From: an uncultured Bacilli bacterium
Lineage (GTDB): Bacteria; Bacillota_I; Bacilli_A; RF39; UBA660
Length of the DNA stretch: 38,813 nucleotides
Direction: 5' to 3'
Assembly: GCA_949280095.1 (NCBI GenBank)
Contig: CASDHD010000001.1
Span: 1-38,813, forward strand
Shown: positions 23,462 to 32,348 of the stretch, piece by piece
Layout of the letters: every line of letters begins with the position of its first letter
Numbering within the stretch: position 1 is the stretch's first letter
Notes under the pieces: model-generated
What the model saw: only the letters and a program-made list of their open reading frames with translations
The model's database searches: none
Told to the model about the DNA's origin: nothing
Translations under genes and position numbers: made by a program

Positions 23462-24931
23462 ATGAAAATATATAATAGGCATGAAAGATTACCAAGAAAT
23501 TATACGATGATGAGTGATGCTTATGAGTTTACAATGAGTATGGCTTATCTACTTAATAATAAACAAAATGAAGAGGCAGTGTTTGATGTTTTCTTTAGAG
23601 AGGTACCAAATGGTGGAGGGTATGCTGTGATGGCAGGACTTGACCAAATTATTCCTTACATTGAGAATTTAAAATTTAGTGAACAAGATTTAGATTTTTT
23701 TAGAAGAAACCATTATCCAGAAGAATTTATTACTTATTTAAAAAACTTTAAGTTTACAGGAAGTATTTATGCTATTCCTGATGGAACTCCAGTATTTCCA
23801 AACGAACCATTAATTACTGTAAAAGCACCTCTAATTGAAGCACAAATCGTGGAGACAGCTATTTTATCAATAATCAATGGTTCTATGGAACATGCAACAG
23901 GTGCTAGAAAGATTATAGAAGTAACTCCTAAAAATGTTGGTGTAATGGAGTTTGGAGCTAGACGTGCTGCGGGAGTTGAAGATGCGATTAACTCTTCTAT
24001 TTATGGAATTATGGCTGGCTGTGTGGGAACGAGTAATGTAATGGCAGCAGATATGTTAAACATTCCAGCAATGGGAACAATGGCACATAGTTATATTGAG
24101 TCATTTTCTAGTGAGTATGAATCATTCTTAAACTATGCTTTAACTTATCCTAACAATTGTATGTTACTTGTAGATACGATTGATACTTTAAGAAGTGGAG
24201 TACCAAATGCTATTCGTGTCTTTAACTATATGAAAGAAAAAGGGATTAGTACAGAACATATAGGTATTCGTATTGATTCAGGAGATTTAGCTTACCTTTC
24301 TAAAGAAGCAAGAAAGATGTTAGATCAAGCTGGATTTCCAAATGCTAAAATCTGTTTAAGCAATGGTCTTGATGATGAGAAAATTGAGAATTTGATTGTG
24401 CAAGGAGCTTATTTTGATAGTCTAGGTGTTGGAGATAATATTTCTAGACCAAATGGTAGAATGGGTTGTGTGTATAAAGAAGTTGCCTTAAAAATCAATG
24501 GAGTATGGGTACCTAAAATTAAAATAAGCAATACGACTGCTAAGATTATCAATCCAGATTATAAAAAATTATATCGTGCTTATGACAAAGAAACTGGTTT
24601 TGCAGTTGCAGATATTATGACAAGAAGAAATGAAACTATAAAAAAAGAAGATTTAACCATTGTAAATCCTAATGATTTTACTAAACGAAAAACACTCCAA
24701 CATTTTGAGTTAAGAGAATTGCAACAACCAATTTTTATAGATGGACACCTTGTTTACCATGATTCTGAAATTATGGAAAAGCAACAGTATTGTAATGCTG
24801 AAATGCAAACGCTGTATCCAGAAGTAAAAAGAAGAGTTAATCCTCAAGAGTATTATGTAGATGGTACAGAAGATTATGTGAAATTTAGGATGGAAATGAT
24901 TGAAAATACAAGGAAGTTGGTTCGTAAGTAA
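23462..24931 (+). CDS. pncB: Nicotinate phosphoribosyltransferase
   Basis: 489 aa with MSDAYEFTM, GTMAHSYI and IRIDSGDLAYLS motifs typical of NAPRTase. Confidence 0.9.
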   Translation: MKIYNRHERLPRNYTMMSDAYEFTMSMAYLLNNKQNEEAVFDVFFREVPNGGGYAVMAGLDQIIPYIENLKFSEQDLDFFRRNHYPEEFITYLKNFKFTGSIYAIPDGTPVFPNEPLITVKAPLIEAQIVETAILSIINGSMEHATGARKIIEVTPKNVGVMEFGARRAAGVEDAINSSIYGIMAGCVGTSNVMAADMLNIPAMGTMAHSYIESFSSEYESFLNYALTYPNNCMLLVDTIDTLRSGVPNAIRVFNYMKEKGISTEHIGIRIDSGDLAYLSKEARKMLDQAGFPNAKICLSNGLDDEKIENLIVQGAYFDSLGVGDNISRPNGRMGCVYKEVALKINGVWVPKIKISNTTAKIINPDYKKLYRAYDKETGFAVADIMTRRNETIKKEDLTIVNPNDFTKRKTLQHFELRELQQPIFIDGHLVYHDSEIMEKQQYCNAEMQTLYPEVKRRVNPQEYYVDGTEDYVKFRMEMIENTRKLVRK

Positions 24932-24932
24932 G

Positions 24933-25532
24933 ATGGAAAAGTTAGATGAAATTTGGAAGTTTTTTGAAGAGTTAAAAACTATTCATATAGAAAGGCAAAG
25001 AAATGGTTTGGTAAAACGCAAAACTTTTTTACAAATGGAAAGATATAAATGTTTATTAAATAATGGCAAAACAATGATTAGGGAAAAAGTTTTAAAAGAT
25101 TATAAAGATGGAAATGCAGCCATCATTCTTCCTATTACGGAAGATGGACACTACCTTTTAGCAATTGAACCAAGAGTCTTTACTAAAAAAACTGTAGATA
25201 TTGGCTTTCCAGCAGGATATATAGAAAACGGAGAAAGTCCAAGTGATGCAGCTATACGTGAATTAGAAGAAGAAACAGGATATACGCCAGAACACTTAGA
25301 ATGTATTGGTTCTTATTATCAAGATCAGGGATGTTCTGCTGCTTACAATTATTATTATATTGCAAGAAATTGCAAAAAAGTAAGCGAACAGCGCTTAGAT
25401 AAAGATGAGTTTATTAAATATGTGTTGGTAACAGAAGAAGAACTAGATGAAATAGTTCGTCGTGATTGGATGAAAGGTCTCAATTCGGCATATGTGCTTG
25501 AAAGAGCAAAAAATTTAAAAGAAAAGAGGTAA
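24933..25532 (+). CDS. Nudix hydrolase, ADP-ribose pyrophosphatase-like
   Basis: ATG 24933 lies just after the pncB stop. Nudix box GYIENGESPSDAAIRELEEETGY. Confidence 0.75.
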   Translation: MEKLDEIWKFFEELKTIHIERQRNGLVKRKTFLQMERYKCLLNNGKTMIREKVLKDYKDGNAAIILPITEDGHYLLAIEPRVFTKKTVDIGFPAGYIENGESPSDAAIRELEEETGYTPEHLECIGSYYQDQGCSAAYNYYYIARNCKKVSEQRLDKDEFIKYVLVTEEELDEIVRRDWMKGLNSAYVLERAKNLKEKR

Positions 25533-25536
25533 AGAA

Positions 25537-27459
25537 ATGGATTGTTTTGGATTTGTGAAAGTAGGGGCTAGTGTTCCTGAACTTAAGGTAGGAGATGTTA
25601 AATTTAATACTGAAGAAATAAAAATACAAATAAAAAAGGCCATCGAAAAAAATATAGGAGTTTTGGTATTTCCTGAACTTTGTTTAACAGGTTATACTTG
25701 TGCAGATTTATTTCATCAAGATTTGTTATTGCAAAAATCGAAAGATGCTTTAGAGGATTTACTTGCCTTTTCAAAGGGTAAAAAAATTGTTTTTATTGTA
25801 GGGGCTCCTATCTTTTTGGATAACGCTCTTTTCAATACTGCAGTGGTGATTCAAAATGGAAAACTATTAGGGATTGTTCCAAAAACGTACATTCCAAATT
25901 ATAATGAATTTTATGAGAAACGTTGGTTTACAAGTGGTGAATCTATCATTTCGAAAGAAATGAAGTTATGTCATCAAATGGTTCCTATTGGTACAGATTT
26001 GTTGTTTTCTTGTGAAAATGTAGATGGATTCACTTTTGGAATTGAAATTTGTGAAGATGTATGGAGTGTAAACCCTAAAAGTAACGATTTAAGTACTGCG
26101 GGAGCTACTGTTATTTTTAATCTATCTGCAAGTAATGAAACAATAGGGAAATATGAATATCGAAAAAACTTAATCAAGATGCAATCTGCTAAAACAATGA
26201 CAGGTTATGTATATGCTTCATCAGGCGTGAATGAAAGTACGACAGATTTATTATTTTCTGGGGCAAGTATGATTTATGAAAATGGTACACTCTTGTGTGA
26301 AAATAAACGTTTTGATTTTACTAGCAACCTTATTTGTACGGATATTGATGTTCAAAAACTTAACCATGATCGAATGAAGAATACAAGTTTTCAAATGAAC
26401 GAAGTGAAAGAATATCGTAATATTGAGTTTAAAGTAGAGAAAAATCCTGTACTTGATAGACTTTATGTGAAAACACCTTTTGTTCCAAGTAATAGTATCA
26501 AAAGAAAAGAAAGATGTGAAGAAATCATTCATATTCAAAGTTGTGCTCTTGCCAAAAGATTAAAGCACACGAATATCAAAAAATGTGTTCTTGGAATTTC
26601 TGGTGGACTTGATTCAACTCTAGCATTTTTGATTATTGTAGAAGCTTATAAAAAACTTGGAATTGATAATGAAAATATTATTGCAGTGACGATGCCAGGA
26701 TTTGGAACAACGAATCGTACTTACCAAAATGCTATTGCTTTAGTAAAAAAATACAAAGCTACTTTAAGAGAAGTAGATATTAAATCTTCTTGTTTACAAC
26801 ATTATCAAGATATTGGTCATGATATCGATAACCATGATATAACTTATGAAAATGGGCAAGCAAGAGAACGTACGCAAATTTTAATGGATATTGCCAATCA
26901 AGTAAATGGGCTTGTAATTGGAACAGGAGATTTATCTGAACTTGCTCTTGGTTGGTGTACTTATAATGGGGACCATATGAGTATGTATGCAGTAAATACG
27001 AGTATTCCCAAAACGCTTGTAAAATACTTAGTAGAATTTTTAGCAGAAAATGAAAGTCCAGCTAGAGAAATACTACTTGATATTTTAGATACACCTATAT
27101 CTCCTGAACTTTTACCTCCTAGTAAAGAGGGAATGATAAAGCAAATCACAGAAGATAATGTAGGTCCTTATGTATTACATGATTTTTATTTATATCATTT
27201 CTTACGAAACGGTGCTTCACCTAAGAAAATACTTGAACTAGCACATCTTACTTTTCAAGACGATTTTACTAAAGAAGAAATTTTAAAATGGTTAAAAGTA
27301 TTTTTAAGACGTTTTTTTACACAACAGTTTAAAAGAAGTTGTATGCCTGATGGAGTGAAAGTAGGAAGCATTAGTTTATCACCAAGAGGAGACCTTAGAA
27401 TGCCAAGTGATGCATCTTACAATATTTGGTTAGAAGAATTAGAAAGTGAGGAAGAATGA
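25537..27459 (+). CDS. nadE: Glutamine-dependent NAD+ synthetase (CN-hydrolase glutaminase domain plus synthetase domain)
   Basis: 640 aa. N-terminal nitrilase-like domain (FPELCLTGY, EICED). C-terminal PP-loop GISGGLDST. Confidence 0.9.
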   Translation: MDCFGFVKVGASVPELKVGDVKFNTEEIKIQIKKAIEKNIGVLVFPELCLTGYTCADLFHQDLLLQKSKDALEDLLAFSKGKKIVFIVGAPIFLDNALFNTAVVIQNGKLLGIVPKTYIPNYNEFYEKRWFTSGESIISKEMKLCHQMVPIGTDLLFSCENVDGFTFGIEICEDVWSVNPKSNDLSTAGATVIFNLSASNETIGKYEYRKNLIKMQSAKTMTGYVYASSGVNESTTDLLFSGASMIYENGTLLCENKRFDFTSNLICTDIDVQKLNHDRMKNTSFQMNEVKEYRNIEFKVEKNPVLDRLYVKTPFVPSNSIKRKERCEEIIHIQSCALAKRLKHTNIKKCVLGISGGLDSTLAFLIIVEAYKKLGIDNENIIAVTMPGFGTTNRTYQNAIALVKKYKATLREVDIKSSCLQHYQDIGHDIDNHDITYENGQARERTQILMDIANQVNGLVIGTGDLSELALGWCTYNGDHMSMYAVNTSIPKTLVKYLVEFLAENESPAREILLDILDTPISPELLPPSKEGMIKQITEDNVGPYVLHDFYLYHFLRNGASPKKILELAHLTFQDDFTKEEILKWLKVFLRRFFTQQFKRSCMPDGVKVGSISLSPRGDLRMPSDASYNIWLEELESEEE

Positions 27460-28532
27460 TGAATGAGTTAAAATTAATCGTTTTGGATAATATAGAAGGT
27501 TTAGGTAGAAAGGTGGATGAACATTTACAAAAGGAAACAGGTTGTACAGAGTCCTTTTTACTTCCTATTACAAAAGATCGCTTTAGTAACGGAGAAGGAA
27601 AGATTAAAATTAATGCATCTGTACGAGATAAAGATATTTATATTTTAAGTGATGTTGGAAACTATAACATTACGTATCTTATGCATGGATATACTCATCA
27701 TTATTCACCTGATGAACACTTTCAAGATATTAAAAGAGTGATTTCGGCTCTTTCTGGATATGCTGCGAAAATCACTTTAGTTATGCCTTTGCTTTATGAG
27801 TCACGTCAACATAAAAGAAAAGGAAGAGAGTCTTTAGATTGTGCGATTGCCCTAAAAGAACTTGAATCCCTTGGTGTAGATCATATCGTTACTTTCGATG
27901 CGCATGATCCAAACGTTTCTAATGCTATTCCGAATCTTCCTTTTGAAAATTTCTTTGTGGCCCATGATATTTTAAATCAAATTGTAAAAAAAGAAAATAT
28001 TAGTAATTTACTTGTTATTAGTCCCGATATGGGTGCTATGGAGCGTGCTAGATATTATGCTGAAATTTTAAATAGCGATGTAGGTGTTTTTTATAAAAGA
28101 AGAGATTTGAGTAAAGTGATTGATGGCAAAAATCCAATTGTAGAGCATGTTTATTTAGGAGCTCCTGTTGTTGGAAAAGATGTTATTGTTGTTGATGACA
28201 TGATTGCGACAGGTTCTTCCATGATTGAAGTAGCAGAATATTTAAAAAGCCATGGGGCTGGAAAAGTGTATTTGGTTTCTACGTTTGCTCTTTTAACAGA
28301 AGGTCCTTCTATTTTTATAGAAAGCTATCAAAAGGGTTTATTTGATAAGCTTTATTCTACTAATCTTTCTTATGTTTCTGATATTATCAAAAATTTGGAG
28401 TGGTATGAAGAAGTAGATTGTTCAAAAAGACTTTCTCGTATTATTGAAAAATTACACAATAAAGAATCTTTAAAAACCATTTATGATGATGTTAAAGAGG
28501 TATTACATAATGTAGAGAGGAAAAAAGTATGA
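27456..28532 (+). CDS. prs: Ribose-phosphate pyrophosphokinase (PRPP synthetase)-like
   Basis: ATGA overlap with nadE. PRPP-binding loop VIVVDDMIATGSSM, ISPDMGAMERA and FDAHDP motifs. Confidence 0.7.
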   Translation: MMNELKLIVLDNIEGLGRKVDEHLQKETGCTESFLLPITKDRFSNGEGKIKINASVRDKDIYILSDVGNYNITYLMHGYTHHYSPDEHFQDIKRVISALSGYAAKITLVMPLLYESRQHKRKGRESLDCAIALKELESLGVDHIVTFDAHDPNVSNAIPNLPFENFFVAHDILNQIVKKENISNLLVISPDMGAMERARYYAEILNSDVGVFYKRRDLSKVIDGKNPIVEHVYLGAPVVGKDVIVVDDMIATGSSMIEVAEYLKSHGAGKVYLVSTFALLTEGPSIFIESYQKGLFDKLYSTNLSYVSDIIKNLEWYEEVDCSKRLSRIIEKLHNKESLKTIYDDVKEVLHNVERKKV

Positions 28533-29107
28533 GAATTGGAATATTTGGTGGCTCTTTTAATCCACCGCATAAGTTGCATAAAAAAATTGCTACCTACTTA
28601 CTTGAAAATAACTATGTAGAAAAGGTGATTTTTGTTCCTACGGGAAATCGTTATCCAAAAGAGGCGTTACTGGAAAGTCAATATCGTTATCACATGATTA
28701 AAGAGATGATTAAGGATTCTAAAAATATGGAAGTATCGGATTATGAACTTAAAAATACTCTTACATATACATACCAAACGCTTTCTTATTTTCAAGAAAA
28801 GTTTAAGAATGATAAAATTTTTTTTATAACTGGAGCAGATAATTTAAAAGAAATAAAAACTTGGAAGAATTATCAATATATTTTAGAACATTTTAACTTG
28901 TATGTTTTACCTAGAAAAAAGCAAAATGTAAAGGAAATTTTAAGTCATCTTCCCAATGAGAATATTTTTGCTTTAGATTTTGAAACAGAAGATGTTTCTT
29001 CTACAGATGTACGAAAAGCAATCAAAGAACATTGTGAAGAATATTTAAATTCCGTTTTGGATGAAAATGTTTTAGAATATATAAGGAAAGAAGGGTTGTA
29101 TCAATGA
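28529..29107 (+). CDS. nadD: Nicotinate-nucleotide adenylyltransferase
   Basis: ATGA overlap with prs. IGIFGGSFNPPHKLH (H/TxGH motif) and a C-terminal SSTDVR (ISSTxxR) motif. Confidence 0.9.
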   Translation: MRIGIFGGSFNPPHKLHKKIATYLLENNYVEKVIFVPTGNRYPKEALLESQYRYHMIKEMIKDSKNMEVSDYELKNTLTYTYQTLSYFQEKFKNDKIFFITGADNLKEIKTWKNYQYILEHFNLYVLPRKKQNVKEILSHLPNENIFALDFETEDVSSTDVRKAIKEHCEEYLNSVLDENVLEYIRKEGLYQ

Positions 29108-29577
29108 TGAGAGAGGTTGTAGAAAAATTAGTGCAAAAGGGCATGACAATAAGTACGATGGAGTCTTGTACTGGGGGATATATTGCAAGTGCTATAACGG
29201 ATATAGAAAATGCTAGTAAAGTTCTTTCTTTTAGTGCAGTGACATATTCCAATGATGCCAAAATCAAAATGGGTGTCGATGAGAATGTTATAAAAACCTA
29301 TTCTGTTTATAGTATGAAAACAGCAGATGAAATGAGTAAAAATATTGCTCACTATGCCAATTCTAGTTTGGGTGTAGGAATTACAGGTCAAATAAATCGT
29401 AAGGATGAACAAAATCCTACAAAGGAACAAGATAAGGTTTATATTAGTATTTTTGATGTAGAAAAAAATGTATTTTATCAAGAAATTTTACAAACTGTTT
29501 CAGGAACAAGACAGAAAAATAAAGAACTTATAGGCAGTAAAGTAAAAGAAATGCTTATGCATATTTTATCGCTATAA
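29104..29577 (+). CDS. pncC: Nicotinamide-nucleotide amidohydrolase (CinA C-terminal domain)
   Basis: ATGA overlap with nadD. TMESCTGGYIASAITDIENASKVL...VTYSNDAKIKMGV is typical of PncC/CinA_C. Confidence 0.8.
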   Translation: MMREVVEKLVQKGMTISTMESCTGGYIASAITDIENASKVLSFSAVTYSNDAKIKMGVDENVIKTYSVYSMKTADEMSKNIAHYANSSLGVGITGQINRKDEQNPTKEQDKVYISIFDVEKNVFYQEILQTVSGTRQKNKELIGSKVKEMLMHILSL

Positions 29578-29621
29578 TTTTAAAGACGTGTTATAATCAA
29601 ATTGTAAATAAGAGGTATATA

Positions 29622-30425
29622 ATGGATAGAAAAATCAATCGTATTTGTTTGTTTTCTAATCATAATGAGAAAGCAAAAAGTATTGAAGAGGAAGTGAAAA
29701 GACAACTTGAAGAAAAAGGATTTTCTGTAGTGGACAAAGAATATGATATGGGTCTTGCTATTGGAGGAGATGGTTCTTTTCTTCGTATGGTCAAACAAAC
29801 AGGTTTTTTAAGTCATCTTTATTACGCTGGTATTAATGCTGGTACTCTTGGCTTTTTACAAGAAATTAAAATAGAGGAAATCGCCGATTTTGTTGAAAAA
29901 CTTAAATACAATAAATTTAAAGTAGATGAGGTGAGTATTCAAGAAACGAAAGTGATAGCAAAGAATGATTCTATAACGTATTGTTCCTTGAATGAATTTG
30001 TTGTTAGAGATAAGTATTTAAATACGACAAATTTGAAAGTTTATGTGAATGATGAATTGTTAGAAAGATTTGTTGGGGATGGAATTTTGATTTCTACTTC
30101 AACTGGTTCTACTGCTTATAACTTAAGTTTTGGTGGAAGTATCGTTTATGCAAGTTTACATACATTGCAAATTACCCCTATAGCGCCTCTTAATAATAAA
30201 TCGTATCGAAATTTGTTAAATTCGGTGATTGTTCCAGAAAATGCTAAAATCACTTTGGTGCCTGAAAAGGAAAAAAAGGATTTACTTATAAGTGTTGATG
30301 GGGAAAACGAAGAGTGCAATGAAGTAGAGAAAATTGAAATTACAGTGCGGAATAAGAAGATAAAATGTTTAAGAATGTATGATTACGATTTTACAAAAAT
30401 CATTCAGGAAAAATTTTTAAAGTAA
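29622..30425 (+). CDS. nadK: NAD kinase
   Basis: GGDGSFLR, GTLGFL and STGSTAYNLSFGGSIV motifs. Confidence 0.9.
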   Translation: MDRKINRICLFSNHNEKAKSIEEEVKRQLEEKGFSVVDKEYDMGLAIGGDGSFLRMVKQTGFLSHLYYAGINAGTLGFLQEIKIEEIADFVEKLKYNKFKVDEVSIQETKVIAKNDSITYCSLNEFVVRDKYLNTTNLKVYVNDELLERFVGDGILISTSTGSTAYNLSFGGSIVYASLHTLQITPIAPLNNKSYRNLLNSVIVPENAKITLVPEKEKKDLLISVDGENEECNEVEKIEITVRNKKIKCLRMYDYDFTKIIQEKFLK

Positions 30426-30436
30426 GAGGTGTTGAA

Positions 30437-31264
30437 ATGAAAGAATATAAAACTGAAGAAGAATTTTTGCGTGATTATGATCCAACGCAATTTGACCCGT
30501 TTTCTTTAACGAGTGATATTTTAATTTTTAGTGTATCGGATGGTTTACAAGAAAATTATCGAAAGTTAAATAAAAAGTATTTTAGTATTTTGCTTGTTAA
30601 AAGAGATACATATCCTTTTAAAGATAAATGGTGTTTGCCTGGTGGTTTTGTGAGAATTAATGAGGATATTGAAGAGGCAGCAGAAAGAATTTTAAAGGAT
30701 GAAACCAACATAAAAGATATATATTTAGAACAACTTTATACGTATGGAAATCCTAATAGAGACCCTAGAATGCGTGTTATTTCTACATCCTATATGGCTT
30801 TAATTGATAAAAATAGGTTAAAAGTGGATGTGACTAAGAATGCTTCTTGGTTTAATGTGATGCTTTTAGAAGACGAAAAAAGAATAGATGTCACTTTAGA
30901 TAATGGGAATGAACTGATTAAGTTTAAAATCAAGAAAACATTAAAAGAAAAAACGACTGATCGTTATAAATATGAAATTTTAGAAAATGAGAGTCTTGCT
31001 TTTGATCATCCTCTTGTGATTGTGAGTGGGATTTCAAGGCTAAAAAATAAGTTAGAATATACAGATATTGTTTTTAATATGATGCCTACTTATTTTACTT
31101 TAGGAGAATTGCAACAAGTTTATGAAGTGATTTTAGGAAAAAAATTGTTAGATCCTGCTTTCCGACGTATTATCAAAGATAAGGTAGAAAAAACGGAAAA
31201 GATGCAAACGGGTGGAGGACATAGGCCTTCGGCGTTATTCCGATATAAAATGTTTAAAAAGTAA
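30437..31264 (+). CDS. nrtR: NrtR-type Nudix-related transcriptional regulator of NAD metabolism
   Basis: N-terminal Nudix-like domain (WCLPGGFVRINEDIEEAAERILKDETN) fused to a C-terminal winged-helix region (FTLGELQQVYEVILGKKLLDPAFRR). It is the last gene of the NAD operon. Confidence 0.75.
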   Translation: MKEYKTEEEFLRDYDPTQFDPFSLTSDILIFSVSDGLQENYRKLNKKYFSILLVKRDTYPFKDKWCLPGGFVRINEDIEEAAERILKDETNIKDIYLEQLYTYGNPNRDPRMRVISTSYMALIDKNRLKVDVTKNASWFNVMLLEDEKRIDVTLDNGNELIKFKIKKTLKEKTTDRYKYEILENESLAFDHPLVIVSGISRLKNKLEYTDIVFNMMPTYFTLGELQQVYEVILGKKLLDPAFRRIIKDKVEKTEKMQTGGGHRPSALFRYKMFKK

Positions 31265-31286
31265 GCCTATTTTTATTTGGCTTTTT
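31263..31286 (+). terminator. Weak terminator after nrtR
   Basis: aagcc/ggctt 5-bp stem with an 11-nt loop, then a T-run. Confidence 0.4.
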
Positions 31287-31324
31287 AATTTAGTAATTGA
31301 AAAAATGCATTTTGTATACATTTG

Positions 31325-31333
31325 TGTTACAAT
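31325..31333 (+). promoter_or_regulatory. Extended -10 element (TGtTACAAT) upstream of the DGR cassette
   Basis: tgttacaat at 31325-31333. No good -35 hexamer was seen. Confidence 0.4.
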
Positions 31334-31514
31334 AATTTTATATTTATAGGTTGTGGATATTATGCAAGTAAGTAGGAATAGTAATTTGAAAATTCCCAAA
31401 CATATAGAAATTGCGGAAACTGAAATAAATAGTTTAGAAGATAAAATAGCTGTGAGGCAAGGTATTGCGATAGCGAATGATGAAAAAATTCGTAAGGAAT
31501 TTTTAAAAGATGAG

Positions 31515-31989
31515 ATGGACATAGAAGATAAAGAATGGAAAGAAATAGAAAAAATTCCTTCTAATGCTAATGATTTAATTGCTATAACTGTTGTGAAAAA
31601 ATTAGGGGCTTATGTTATTGCAGTAACGGAAAAATCACCTAAAAAATTTCGCGGCTTATGTTATTGCAGTAACGGAAAAATCACCTAAAAAATTTCGCGG
31701 AGTGTTTGTGAATAGAATGCAAAATTATTGTTTGGATACATTAGAACTTTTACTAGAGGCTAATTTTATTCGTATAGACTCTAAAGATAATAAAACAAAA
31801 AGAGAGGAGTTGCAAAAGGAAGCTATTGTAAAATTAAAGCTTCTAGGATATGTTGCTATGGTTTCTCTAAATGCTTCTTGTATTTTGACTAGACAGTATA
31901 AGCAAATATCTATGCAACTTGCAAAAGCAATCAATCTTATCATTGCTTGGAAAAAAAGCGATGATGAAAGGTTTAAAAAAAGAAATTAG
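31515..31989 (+). pseudogene. avd: DGR accessory variability determinant (Avd, four-helix-bundle / 23S rRNA-IVS-like protein), frameshifted by a 46-bp tandem duplication
   Basis: The two ORFs 31353..31688 (frame 0) and 31702..31989 (frame +1) fuse in frame if one 46-bp copy is removed. The fused product is ...DLIAITVVKKLGAYVIAVTEKSPKKFRGVFVNRMQNYCLDTLELLLEAN...LAKAINLIIAWKK... This resembles the Bordetella Avd pattern (..SIPRKHGVAREMFLKCLLGQVELFIVAG...ILGSWI.., quoted from memory). The start at M55 (31515) is a guess; the frame is open from 31353. Confidence 0.7.
31607..31698 (+). repeat. Perfect 46-bp tandem duplication inside avd
   Basis: ggcttatgttattgcagtaacggaaaaatcacctaaaaaatttcgc at 31607-31652 is repeated exactly at 31653-31698, followed by a further gg. 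46 is not a multiple of 3. Confidence 0.95.
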
Positions 31990-32061
31990 GATTATAGGTT
32001 GAAAAGCCTTTAATTAAGAAGAAAATTTATATTTTTCGTGTGTGCAAGAGCCCCTGTTTTG

Positions 32062-32141
32062 CGCCCGCGCTGTTAACTAAAATGGAAATAGAAATTGGAA
32101 CAATGTTAATAAACGTACTGGTGGGGCTCGCCCAGATTCAC
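32062..32141 (+). repeat. DGR template repeat (TR)
   Basis: 80 bp align without gaps to 33619-33698. Of 19 mismatches, 17 are at TR adenines. It is a GC-rich island in AT-rich sequence, has 7 AAY codons in the VR frame, and lies between avd and the RT. Confidence 0.9.
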
Positions 32142-32276
32142 TTTTGAAGAGATTTTTAATAAATCTAGAAAACGGATTCGAGAAATTTATTTTAGAAAAA
32201 ATAGGTCTATATCTTAAGGTGAAGGAATTTTCTTCTTTTCTATTCGCTATGAATTTATGCGTTTAGAAGAATATAA

Positions 32277-32338
32277 AAACACCTACACAAACAACGGATA
32301 TTTTATTCTTTGTGCGTTATAAGAGGTGTTTATTTTTT
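32277..32338 (+). promoter_or_regulatory. Structured hairpin plus U-tract in the TR-RT spacer, immediately before the RT RBS
   Basis: aaacacct (32277-32284) pairs with aggtgttt (32324-32331). There is an inner cacaaa/tttgtg helix. tttttt lies at 32333-32338, then GGAGG at 32339-32343 and ATG at 32349. Confidence 0.45.
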
Positions 32339-32348
32339 GGAGGATTTT

